The notes under the pieces were generated by a model. It did no database searches. It was not told where the DNA came from and was given only the letters and a program-made list of their open reading frames with translations. This document shows positions 16,254-25,157 of a stretch of DNA of 27,464 bases, in pieces. This stretch comes from Candidatus Ratteibacteria bacterium (GTDB taxonomy: Bacteria > Ratteibacteria > UBA8468 > B48-G9 > DTJG01): NCBI GenBank assembly GCA_049971295.1, contig JBMFLH010000019.1, positions 1 to 27,464 of the forward strand, written 5' to 3'. Numbering within the stretch: the stretch's first letter is position 1; each line of letters begins with the position of its first letter. Made by a program: the position numbers and the translations under genes.

Positions 16254-17448
16254 AAACACTATTTTTCTTCTTATCGCAGGTTATCTTGTCTGGTTAAATG
16301 TATCCTTCCTCAAAGGCTACCAGCACGAAAATATATATTATCTTGTAGCTCTTGACCTGATAATCATTTTTGTGCTTGTCGTGGGCATAATTAGCAACAT
16401 CCTGTTTAATTCAAAAATCACTTTACTGACAAAAGAAATTGAACGACAGAGGTTGATGATTAACGATTATGCGATGGAATCAGCGCTTTTCATCGCAATT
16501 GTGGAAATGATGGAAATTTTTGGCAAGGACATTTCTATTGAAGAAACCCTTCAACGGGTTACTCAGAGTATCAGTAATTTTTTTAAAAATGAAACGATCA
16601 TTGTGCAATTGTTTGGCGAGCATTTTTTTCAGGAAATAAAAGGGGAAAATCTAAATCTTCCAGAGGAGACATTTGAAGAGATTGCAACAAATCAGTATCC
16701 TATTCTGATAAACAATCCTGGTTCTTTTCCAAAATACAGGTTTCTTGAAGAAAAAGGTATTTCTTCTTTTATCCTTGCACCATTGACAAGTAAGAGAAAT
16801 CAACTGGCAGGTGTAATAGGAGTTTTTTCGAAAGATAAGAGAAATTTTACGCAGCGAGACCTTTCTTTACTCAGAATGATATCCATTCCAATTTCACTGA
16901 TACTTGAAAATGCAGAATTGATGACACAGACACGTCTTTTATCAATAACCGACCCACTGACTCATCTTTACAATAGGCGACATTTTGTTGATTATTTGAA
17001 TAAAATCATCAAGCAGGCAAGAGAGAAAAATTTCAGTATGTCTCTTGCAATGTGCGATATAGATTATTTCAAACATTATAATGATACAAATGGGCACCTT
17101 GCAGGTGATAGGGTTTTGAAGGACATTGCCGGGATTCTTCATCAGAATGTCAAAGGTGCAGATATTGTGGCAAGATATGGCGGAGAAGAATTTGTGATTG
17201 TTTTTCCAGAGACCGACAAAAAGACAGCATACAGAATATGTGAAAACTTAAGAAAAAAAATCTCAGAAATAAGATTTCCTGGTGAAGAAAATCAACCAGA
17301 GAAAGATCTGACAATAAGTTTTGGTGTTGCCTGTTTCCCTGAGGATGCGCAGAGTTCTGAAGAATTAATTAAGAAAGCCGATGACGCTCTGTACCAGGCA
17401 AAAAAACTTGGCAGAAACAGGGTTGTTGTGAGTGTTAATCAATTGTGA
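16240..17448 (+). CDS. Membrane-anchored GAF-GGDEF diguanylate cyclase (start uncertain: CTG 16240 versus GTG 16372)
   Basis: TDPLTHLYNRR, CDIDYFKHYNDTNGHLAGD, RYGGEEF, ADDALYQAK; GAF-like domain. The open frame extends back to TGA 16228-16230 and encodes two hydrophobic helices. SD AAGGAGGTGA at 16221-16230. Confidence 0.9.
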   Translation: MLKLRNTIFLLIAGYLVWLNVSFLKGYQHENIYYLVALDLIIIFVLVVGIISNILFNSKITLLTKEIERQRLMINDYAMESALFIAIVEMMEIFGKDISIEETLQRVTQSISNFFKNETIIVQLFGEHFFQEIKGENLNLPEETFEEIATNQYPILINNPGSFPKYRFLEEKGISSFILAPLTSKRNQLAGVIGVFSKDKRNFTQRDLSLLRMISIPISLILENAELMTQTRLLSITDPLTHLYNRRHFVDYLNKIIKQAREKNFSMSLAMCDIDYFKHYNDTNGHLAGDRVLKDIAGILHQNVKGADIVARYGGEEFVIVFPETDKKTAYRICENLRKKISEIRFPGEENQPEKDLTISFGVACFPEDAQSSEELIKKADDALYQAKKLGRNRVVVSVNQL

Positions 17449-19591
17449 ATATTTCTTTCAATTCAATAATTCTGAAATCTGGAACTGTCTCCATTTCTTC
17501 CATAGTATTGCATGTCAATTTCTGGTATATGACCTGTGAGACCTGGTATTCCTGAAGGTATTCTGCAAGTTTTTTTGAAAGTGCCAGTTCTGTTGCGTAA
17601 ACGGCATAATATCGCGGCGAAAATGGGAGCACCTCAAAAATTTTTGAATTCAGATATGTCGCAATGAGTATGGTTCCTTTTTTTGAATGATATTCCATCA
17701 CCATGTTTTTCCCATCATCATAAACAACTCTAATTCCTTCGGCCGGAACAAGAAATTTCCAGCAGGCCTGTTTTATATGCATATCCCCCAGAATAAAACA
17801 TTTTCTATACGCAAAAGCAGGATGTTTTCGAATTTCAAGATTGTCAATAATAAAAGCAGGCTTTACGCGAGAAAGAAGAAATTCTAAATAGCCGATAATA
17901 TCATGAGTTGGCGCGGTAAAGAAAAGAACAATGTTTTTATTTGTTTTTGACAGATTGTCCAGAGCAGAGTTTAATGCGGTTTCGTTCTCTTTTTCTGAGA
18001 TAATGAGAATTATGCGATTTTCTTTTTCTATAGAACAGAGAAGTTTTCTGCATGGGAAAATTGTAATGTTTTCACCTGAATACTTATGCGCCTCTATCAG
18101 TACTTGTTGTGGTGATTTTTCTGTTTTTAAATTTATTAATGAAATCGCAATCAATAACAGTGATATACTGGCGAAAAATTTCCATTTGTTTCTGAATAGA
18201 ATCATCAGTATGATGGAATAAACAACGAGCACTGAAGTAATGTCTGGTGTCCATGCTATTTCTGGTGAAACATTTGAAAAAAGTTTGGTGCTAATCCAGA
18301 ATAAATCCAGTGTTTTTATCAAAGGGAAAATTATTATACTTCTTAAAAATCCGAAGACGAGAAAACCAAGACCCAGAAAAACTACAAGTCCACCAACAGG
18401 TACAAGAAGAAAGTTTGTGATAAAACCAGCAGGATAAAAACTTCCATTGTTTGCAGCAAGAATCGGTATTGTGAATATCTGAGCGCCAGCAATGGCTCTG
18501 ATATATGTGTCAAGCCACTCAGGCATTCTTTTTATTCGCGGGGTGTTGCGCATGGTCAGAATAATTCCTGTTGTTGCTGCAAATGAAAGTTGAAAGCCCA
18601 TATTAAAAAGTTCCTCTGGTTTAATGAAAAGAATAATGAAACCAGCCCAGCCAATTGATTCAATGCCATTGATGGGTCTTTCAAGGATTTCTGCAATGAG
18701 ATATACAGCCAGCATCAGTGTGGCTCTGACAACAGGTGTGTTAAAACCAGTGATTGCGGCATAGATTCCAATTGCGACAAGATACAGAAGATTGAAAAAT
18801 TTATAGTGCGCTTGCTCGATGTGTCTGAATAGAAAAAAAAGAATTCTTAAGAAAAGCAAAACATATCCTAAATGAATTCCTGAAACAATCAGAAGATGAT
18901 ATGTGCCTGCTTTAATAAAGATGTTTTTAATTTCCAGGGATTGTCGCTTGTTTCCCAACACCATCATCCTGAAGATGGCAGCTTCTTGTCCATGATACTT
19001 AAACCATTTCCTAATGATGCCTTCTGTCACCGCGCTAACTTTCTGATTAAATTGCTGGTATTTAGAACTGGGTTCACCGTTTTTTACAATGGACCAGGAT
19101 TTTGATGTCATTGTAATCCGACCATTTTCCTGCTTGATTTTTTTTATTTGATAGAGGATAAGGTGGTCATAATTGTATATTTGCTGGTTTCCAGGAAGTA
19201 TAGTATAAATGTCGACCTTTGCATCAAGCCACTGATATTTATCCCATATCATAGTTTTTTCGAGCGTGATCAGAAGATAAGAGCCCTTTTCTCTCACATC
19301 TTTTACAATGCCTGTTGCGGCTTCAATTCTTTCTGGAGGCACCGGCAGGGTTTTTTCATAACCTATACCAGAATTTCCGGCAATAAATATTCCTGTGATG
19401 ACAGTAAAAAGGATAAAGAAAATCCAGGCAATTCTTTTGAATATAAGCGCAAAACACAGATAAAGGATGCCAAAAAAAATAAAAAGGATCGATAGATACT
19501 CAAATGGAACAGGAAATAGTTTTTGTATCAGGATGCCTGATGCGAAAGGAAATAGAAAGATGCACGACCCTGGAATATTACCGAAAATCAC
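17435..19591 (-). CDS. comEC: ComEC/Rec2 competence DNA-uptake membrane protein
   Basis: GTYHLLIVSGIHLG, TPVVRATLM, GFQLSFAAT, many TM helices. GTG start overlaps the dapF stop (GTGA). Confidence 0.9.
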   Translation of the reverse strand: MIFGNIPGSCIFLFPFASGILIQKLFPVPFEYLSILFIFFGILYLCFALIFKRIAWIFFILFTVITGIFIAGNSGIGYEKTLPVPPERIEAATGIVKDVREKGSYLLITLEKTMIWDKYQWLDAKVDIYTILPGNQQIYNYDHLILYQIKKIKQENGRITMTSKSWSIVKNGEPSSKYQQFNQKVSAVTEGIIRKWFKYHGQEAAIFRMMVLGNKRQSLEIKNIFIKAGTYHLLIVSGIHLGYVLLFLRILFFLFRHIEQAHYKFFNLLYLVAIGIYAAITGFNTPVVRATLMLAVYLIAEILERPINGIESIGWAGFIILFIKPEELFNMGFQLSFAATTGIILTMRNTPRIKRMPEWLDTYIRAIAGAQIFTIPILAANNGSFYPAGFITNFLLVPVGGLVVFLGLGFLVFGFLRSIIIFPLIKTLDLFWISTKLFSNVSPEIAWTPDITSVLVVYSIILMILFRNKWKFFASISLLLIAISLINLKTEKSPQQVLIEAHKYSGENITIFPCRKLLCSIEKENRIILIISEKENETALNSALDNLSKTNKNIVLFFTAPTHDIIGYLEFLLSRVKPAFIIDNLEIRKHPAFAYRKCFILGDMHIKQACWKFLVPAEGIRVVYDDGKNMVMEYHSKKGTILIATYLNSKIFEVLPFSPRYYAVYATELALSKKLAEYLQEYQVSQVIYQKLTCNTMEEMETVPDFRIIELKEIFTID

Positions 19592-20385
19592 CTGTTAATC
19601 CATTGTCCCTCAAAAATCAATTTCGTTCCGCCCTCAAAAAATATTTCGCTGAAATCCCTGGAAAATGTGACTGTTAGTTTTTCTCCTGAACGGGCTTCAA
19701 TCTCAACAGGGCTGGCGAATTTTTCAAGCATTGCGCCACAGAGAACACTTGCAACAATTCCTGTTCCGCAGGCAAGTGTTTCATCCTCAACACCGCGTTC
19801 ATATGTGCGGACCTTTCCGTGATGATTGTCTATGACCTCAAGCCAGTCAACATTGGTTCCTGCTGGCTGAAACATTCTATGGTATCTGATAAGCCGACCT
19901 AATGTTTTTACCTCCACATTTTCTACATTTTTAACTGGAATGACAGCGTGAGGCACCCCGGTATTGAGCAAGTGCACCACAATGTTTTCTCCCTCAAGTT
20001 CTATTAACTGATTAAGTCTGGGTTTTTCCACAAGGAACATTCTTATTGAAACATCCGGATTATTAAAACGCGTAGTGTAAATGCCTGCAATGGTTTCTAT
20101 AGACAACTGTTTTTTCCTTGAAACTTTCTGTTCGTGAATAAAACGAATCAGGCACCTTAAACCATTGCCGCACATCTCTGCCTCTGAACCGTCGGAATTG
20201 AAAATTCGCATTTTGAAGTCAGCCTTTTTACTTTTTTCAAGAAATATCGCACCGTCTGCGCCTACACCATATTTAATTCGGCAGACCTCAATAGCAAGCT
20301 TTCTGCGGTTTTTTATTTTTCCATCCAGATTGTTGAACAGGACAAAATCATTGCCTGAACCAGTAATCTTCATAAATTTGAGCAT
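19588..20385 (-). CDS. dapF: Diaminopimelate epimerase
   Basis: GSGNDF, GVGADG, NSDGSEAEMCGNG, TGVPH, TYERGVEDETLACGTG. Confidence 0.97.
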   Translation of the reverse strand: MLKFMKITGSGNDFVLFNNLDGKIKNRRKLAIEVCRIKYGVGADGAIFLEKSKKADFKMRIFNSDGSEAEMCGNGLRCLIRFIHEQKVSRKKQLSIETIAGIYTTRFNNPDVSIRMFLVEKPRLNQLIELEGENIVVHLLNTGVPHAVIPVKNVENVEVKTLGRLIRYHRMFQPAGTNVDWLEVIDNHHGKVRTYERGVEDETLACGTGIVASVLCGAMLEKFASPVEIEARSGEKLTVTFSRDFSEIFFEGGTKLIFEGQWINR

Positions 20386-20391
20386 GGAAAT

Positions 20392-20442
20392 AATTTAATT
20401 TTATTGCAGCGGTTTGTCAAATCTGACTGTCTGGAATAAACT
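20392..20442. promoter_or_regulatory. Divergent promoter pair sharing a -35 (TTGTCAA, 20414-20420)
   Basis: Minus strand TTGACA-N17-TAAATT toward dapF; plus strand TTGTCA-N17-TAAACT toward dtd. Confidence 0.65.
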
Positions 20443-20467
20443 ATTTTATTATCTAAAAAGGAAACAC

Positions 20468-20914
20468 ATGAAACTTGTTGTTCAGAGAGTTGTTCGTGCC
20501 TGTCTGAGAGTTGATGGTGTTTTGAAAGGCACCATTGATAAAGGTCTTGTTGTTTTCGTTGGTTTTGGAAAGAACGATAACGAGTTATTGATAGAACCTA
20601 TGGTGCGAAAGATATTAAAATTGAGGATTTTTGCAGACGCGCAGGATAAAATGAATTTGAGTTTGCTTGATATTTCCGGAGGTTTGATGGTGATTTCGCA
20701 ATTCACGCTTTATGCGAATACTCAGGGAGGTAACAGACCAGATTTTCTTCAGGCAATGAATCCACAGGAAGCAGAAATTTTTTTCAATAAATTTGTGGAA
20801 ACATGCATAAGTCTTTATTCTGGTAACATTGTGTCAGGAAATTTCGGTCGGCGGATGCTGGTTGAAATGCACAACGATGGACCAGTTACAATCATCATTA
20901 ATCGGGAAAAATGA
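20468..20914 (+). CDS. dtd: D-aminoacyl-tRNA deacylase
   Basis: MKLVVQRV, LRIF, SQFTLYA, NDGPVT. Start at ATG 20468 after AAGGA. Confidence 0.96.
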   Translation: MKLVVQRVVRACLRVDGVLKGTIDKGLVVFVGFGKNDNELLIEPMVRKILKLRIFADAQDKMNLSLLDISGGLMVISQFTLYANTQGGNRPDFLQAMNPQEAEIFFNKFVETCISLYSGNIVSGNFGRRMLVEMHNDGPVTIIINREK

Positions 20915-21174
20915 AGGATAATTTTATTTCAAAAAGGGTGGTTCTGGATACTTCAACAAACTGGATTTACATAGGAGTGCTGGAAGGCGAAGACCATAAT
21001 TATTATTATCTTTCAGACGCAGACGCTTTTGATGTTTCTGAAATCAATATGACAAAGCATGAATATCTTGTAAGGATCAAAAAGGATGGACTTGTTGTCA
21101 ATCGTAAAAAAACAATTGTATCAAAAGAAAAAGTAATAGCAATAACACTTCTGGAGGACATCATTGAAAAATAG
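20911..21174 (+). CDS. Small hypothetical protein, Sm/LSm-like
   Basis: ATGA-coupled to dtd. VVLDT..IYIGVLEGED..YYLSDA resembles the Sm1 motif and KTIVSKEKVIAI resembles Sm2. Confidence 0.6.
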   Translation: MKDNFISKRVVLDTSTNWIYIGVLEGEDHNYYYLSDADAFDVSEINMTKHEYLVRIKKDGLVVNRKKTIVSKEKVIAITLLEDIIEK

Positions 21175-21577
21175 GAAATTGCGATCGACACCGGCAAAAA
21201 ATTTGCGCAGAAAAATATTGAAAAGTGAACGATATCACCTTCTCAGAGAGATCGTGGAAGAAAATCCTGATTATATTGAGGCGCTTGGGAATCTGGGCGA
21301 TTTACATACGAAATCAGGAGATTTTGAAGCAGGTCTTGTTATTGATAGGCGGCTTGCCTTTTTGCAACCGCTTGAACCCGTTCATTATTATAACATTGCC
21401 TGTGATTATGCTTTGATGGGTAAAAAGGAGGAGGCATTAATGTACCTGAATATTGCAATAGCACTTGGTTATAGCGATTTCAGGCATTTGAAAGAAGACC
21501 CTGACCTTGCCGGGCTTAGAGGGGACAAAAGATATGAAAAACTTATCAGCAGAATATCCTGCAGGAGAATCAAATAG
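21164..21577 (+). CDS. Small TPR protein with a C-terminal 'YNxAC...DPDL..LR' capping module
   Basis: TTG start after GGAGG; ALGNLGDLH...; YYNIACDYALMG...DPDLAGLRGDKRY. Confidence 0.8.
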   Translation: MKNRKLRSTPAKNLRRKILKSERYHLLREIVEENPDYIEALGNLGDLHTKSGDFEAGLVIDRRLAFLQPLEPVHYYNIACDYALMGKKEEALMYLNIAIALGYSDFRHLKEDPDLAGLRGDKRYEKLISRISCRRIK

Positions 21578-22175
21578 ACTCTTGTGGATGGCAGCAAAAA
21601 TTCTTGGATTTTTTATCTTCAAACTTTTTTTTCATTTAGAGGTGTATGGAAAAGAAAATATTCCGCGTTCAGGAAAGTTTGTAATTGCCGCCAACCACGC
21701 GAGTTTTCTTGACCCGCCACTACTGGGCTGCATTTGTCCGAGGCCCATTGCATATTTTACAAAGCAGGAACAGCTCATTGGTCTTTTTGGCATGTTGATT
21801 ACCCAACTTGGAGCAATTCCACTTTCAAAGACCAGTATGGGAAGATCCGATATAAGAATGGCATTGAATGTGATAAAGAAGGGAAAAGGACTGTTGATTT
21901 TTCCTGAAGGTACCCGTTCAAGAACAGGTCAGTTTCTCCCTGCCAAACCCGGGATTGGTTTTATTGTACTGCGTGCAAAGGTACCTGTTGTACCTGTCTA
22001 TATAAAAGGTTCTTTCAGGGCAATGCCTCCTGGAAGGAATTTTATCAGACCAGGCAAAATCATTATCAGGGTAGGAAAACAGCTGGTTTATAACCGTCAG
22101 CAGACATATGAAGAAGTGGCGCAGGATGTTATGGAAAAAATAGTGGAGCTTTCAAAATGGCAAGAAAAATCATAG
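21534..22175 (+). CDS. plsC: 1-acyl-sn-glycerol-3-phosphate acyltransferase (start uncertain: 21534 or 21588)
   Basis: NHASFLD (HX4D), FPEGTRS, VPVVPV. Confidence 0.92.
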   Translation: MKNLSAEYPAGESNRLLWMAAKILGFFIFKLFFHLEVYGKENIPRSGKFVIAANHASFLDPPLLGCICPRPIAYFTKQEQLIGLFGMLITQLGAIPLSKTSMGRSDIRMALNVIKKGKGLLIFPEGTRSRTGQFLPAKPGIGFIVLRAKVPVVPVYIKGSFRAMPPGRNFIRPGKIIIRVGKQLVYNRQQTYEEVAQDVMEKIVELSKWQEKS

Positions 22176-23026
22176 TGGGCAGGTCAATCGGATTCTGTTT
22201 TGGCGTCACAAAAGCAGTCAACACTGCGAAAAAAATTTTGAATGAATATGGATGCCTTGCCACACTTGGAGACCTTGTTCATAATCCTATTGTGATGTCA
22301 GAATTAAAGGAGAAGGGCTTGAGGGTGATAGACCGTATATCTGAAGCCAGAAACTGTCCATTTATAATCAGATCTCACGGGCTTCCGCCAGATGCTCTTG
22401 AGAAACTGAAACGATATACGACAAAAATTTATGATGCCACATGTCCATTTGTAAGGAAAGTTCAGAATCTTGTCAGAGATTTATCTGCGCGGCATTATTT
22501 TATTTTTCTAATCGGGGACCCAGATCATCCTGAAATAGTGGCAATGAAAAAAATTTCAGGAGACAATTCCATGGTCATAAGACCATATCAGAAAATTGAC
22601 ACCAGTTCAATACACCTGAAAAAATGGGCAGTTGTTGCGCAAACAACCATTTCCCTGGACCTTTACAGGACTGCCATTAAGAAAATTATTAACACACTTC
22701 CTGCTGAAAAACTTACAATTTTTAATACAATCTGTCCTGTGAGTATAAAGAGACAGTCAGAAGCGCTTGAACTGGCAAAAAAGGTGGATGCCCTGATCGT
22801 TGTGGGAGGCAGAAAAAGTTCAAATACAAGGAAACTTGTACATATTGGAAGAAAAGTGAATAAAAATACATTTTTAATTGAATCTTCAGAAGAGGCAAAA
22901 AATTTGAATCTTGCAAATTTTGAAAAAATTGGTATAATCTCTGGTGCGTCTACGGATGTCAGGTGTATCAGGGAGATGATTGATATTTTCAGCGAGCATC
23001 CAGCGCAAAAAAAATACAGGAGGTAA
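22157..23026 (+). CDS. ispH: 4-hydroxy-3-methylbut-2-enyl diphosphate reductase
   Basis: GFCFGV, DATCPFV and NTICP (three Fe-S Cys), VHN, RSHG, HPE, QTT, SSNT, GAST. Confidence 0.96.
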   Translation: MARKIIVGRSIGFCFGVTKAVNTAKKILNEYGCLATLGDLVHNPIVMSELKEKGLRVIDRISEARNCPFIIRSHGLPPDALEKLKRYTTKIYDATCPFVRKVQNLVRDLSARHYFIFLIGDPDHPEIVAMKKISGDNSMVIRPYQKIDTSSIHLKKWAVVAQTTISLDLYRTAIKKIINTLPAEKLTIFNTICPVSIKRQSEALELAKKVDALIVVGGRKSSNTRKLVHIGRKVNKNTFLIESSEEAKNLNLANFEKIGIISGASTDVRCIREMIDIFSEHPAQKKYRR

Positions 23027-23032
23027 CACAAT

Positions 23033-24388
23033 ATGGAGGGTATGGATGTTGGAAAAATTCTGGAAGAGAAACTACTGTCATTTAAGCCGGGCTCTCTCAT
23101 CAAAGGTACTATTATCAGGGTTGATAAGGAGGTAATAGTTGATTTTGGTTATAAAACCGAGGGATACGTTCTTCGCGAAGAATTCAAAAGCGAGCAGGAA
23201 AAAATAAAACCAGGGACACTTGTAGACCTGATTGTTGAATCCCTTGACCCTGATCCAAACGGACTTATTCTGCTTTCAAAGGAAAAAGCAGATATTATGC
23301 TGCACTGGGATAGAATTGAAAAACACTATGAAGAAGATAAGCCAGTAGAAGGAACAATCCTTCAGAGGGTTAAGGGTGGTTTCAAGGTAGATATAGGAAT
23401 TCTTGCGTTTCTTCCGGGTTCACAAACAGACATTAAACCAGTAACAAATCCGTCTCAATTTATCAACATGCGGAGTTTGTTCAAAATTATCAAGATTGAT
23501 AAGCAGAGGAAAAATGTTGTTGTTTCAAGAAGGAAATATCTTGAAGAGGAGAAAGAGGAAAAAAGACGACAGTTTCTGCAAACACTTGGAAAAGGAACAA
23601 CCGTAAAGGGGAAAGTGAAGAATCTTGTTGATTATGGTGCATTTATTGAAATTGACAACGGCGTTGTGGGGCTGTTGCATCTGAATGATATGGCATGGGG
23701 AAGGATTACTCATCCTTCCCAGATGATATCGGTTGGAGAAGAAATTGAAGTGGTTGTTCTTGACGTGAATATGGAAAAGCAGGTTGTTTCTTTTGGTTTG
23801 AAACAAAAGACAAAGAATCCATGGGACGATGTGGAAGCAAAGTATCCTGTTGGATCTATCGTTGAAGGCAAGGTGGTGAATATTACAGACTACGGTGCAT
23901 TTATAAAACTTGAGGACGGGATAGAAGGTTTACTTCATATTTCTGAATTTTCATGGACGGGCAGGGTGAGACACCCTTCTGATGTAGTTGCAATGGGTGA
24001 TGTTATGAAACTGAAGGTGATTGATATTAAAAAGGATGAACAAAAAATATCGTTCAGTCTCAGACAGATGGAACAGAATCCCTGGCCAGAAATAGTAAAG
24101 AAATATCCAGTTGGAAGCGTGGTAAAGGGGAAGGTTTACCACATTACTGATTTTGGCGCATTTGTGGAGATTGAAAAAGGTATTGATGGTCTTCTTCACA
24201 TTTCAAACATTTCTGATGCACAGATTAAACACCCATCTGAAGTTTTGAGAAAAGGGCAGAAAATAGATGTTTTGATACTTGAAATTGACCCTGAAGCAAA
24301 GAAAATTTCACTTGGTTTGAAACATTTAGGTGAATCTCATATTTCTGAGGAGGACGAAAATGAGGGTGATAATCAGGAAAACGTATGA
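23033..24388 (+). CDS. rpsA: 30S ribosomal protein bS1 (five S1 repeats)
   Basis: VDFGYKTEG, AFLPGSQ and three 'D(Y/F)GAF...GLLH' repeats. Confidence 0.96.
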   Translation: MEGMDVGKILEEKLLSFKPGSLIKGTIIRVDKEVIVDFGYKTEGYVLREEFKSEQEKIKPGTLVDLIVESLDPDPNGLILLSKEKADIMLHWDRIEKHYEEDKPVEGTILQRVKGGFKVDIGILAFLPGSQTDIKPVTNPSQFINMRSLFKIIKIDKQRKNVVVSRRKYLEEEKEEKRRQFLQTLGKGTTVKGKVKNLVDYGAFIEIDNGVVGLLHLNDMAWGRITHPSQMISVGEEIEVVVLDVNMEKQVVSFGLKQKTKNPWDDVEAKYPVGSIVEGKVVNITDYGAFIKLEDGIEGLLHISEFSWTGRVRHPSDVVAMGDVMKLKVIDIKKDEQKISFSLRQMEQNPWPEIVKKYPVGSVVKGKVYHITDFGAFVEIEKGIDGLLHISNISDAQIKHPSEVLRKGQKIDVLILEIDPEAKKISLGLKHLGESHISEEDENEGDNQENV

Positions 24389-25148
24389 AGAAATTAGCAC
24401 TGAAGCAGCAAAGCTTGTTGCATTAAGAATTGTAAAAAAGCCAGAATTTGTGCTCGGCCTTGCTACAGGTTCAAGTCCGCTCGGGTTGTACAGAGAATTG
24501 ATCAATTTGAATAAGAAAGGTGTGATCAGTTTTAAAAAGGTGAAGACCTTTAATCTTGATGAGTACTACGGCTTGAAAGGGGATCATCCTCAGAGCTACA
24601 GGTATTTTATGAATACCAATCTTTTTGATCACATAGACATCGATAAAGCAAACACCATGGTTCCTGATGGTATGGCTCAGGATTGGGAAGAATTTTGTCA
24701 TCATTACGAGCAGAAGATAAAGGAAGCAGGCGGAATTGACTTACAGGTACTTGGAATAGGAAGCGATGGCCATATCGCCTTTAATGAGCCAGGTTCATCT
24801 CTGGTGTCAAGAACGCGACTTGTAGCTCTTGATGCTCAGACAATTGAAGATAATTCAAGGTTTTTTGAAGATAAAAACCAGGTTCCACGATTTGCTTTAA
24901 GCATGGGGGTTGGAACAATCCTTGAAGCAAAAGAGATTATTCTTATTGCAAATGGGAAGAACAAAGCAGCAGCCATTTCTCAAGCAATAGAAGGACCTTT
25001 AACAAGTATAATTTCTGCATCAGCGCTTCAGATGCATCCAAAGGTTACTTATTTTCTTGACGAAGAAGCAGCGTCACAACTCAAAAGGATTGATTATTAT
25101 AAATTTGTTGAAGAAGCAGAGAAAAAACTCGGTAAAGAAATTTTCTAA
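24360..25148 (+). CDS. nagB: Glucosamine-6-phosphate deaminase
   Basis: LGLATGSSP, FNLDEY, LGIGSDGHIAFNEPGS, SALQMHP. Start at ATG 24360 after GAGGAGG within the rpsA 3' end. Confidence 0.97.
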   Translation: MRVIIRKTYEEISTEAAKLVALRIVKKPEFVLGLATGSSPLGLYRELINLNKKGVISFKKVKTFNLDEYYGLKGDHPQSYRYFMNTNLFDHIDIDKANTMVPDGMAQDWEEFCHHYEQKIKEAGGIDLQVLGIGSDGHIAFNEPGSSLVSRTRLVALDAQTIEDNSRFFEDKNQVPRFALSMGVGTILEAKEIILIANGKNKAAAISQAIEGPLTSIISASALQMHPKVTYFLDEEAASQLKRIDYYKFVEEAEKKLGKEIF

Positions 25149-25157
25149 AAGTAAAAG

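Noticed and set aside
23580..24320. Repeated DNA segments in rpsA
   Set aside because: Explained by tandem S1 protein domains; not a CRISPR array or a DNA repeat element.
24394..24420. CIRCE-like TTAGCACT
   Set aside because: It is a half-site only, lies inside the nagB coding sequence and has no GAGTGCTAA partner.
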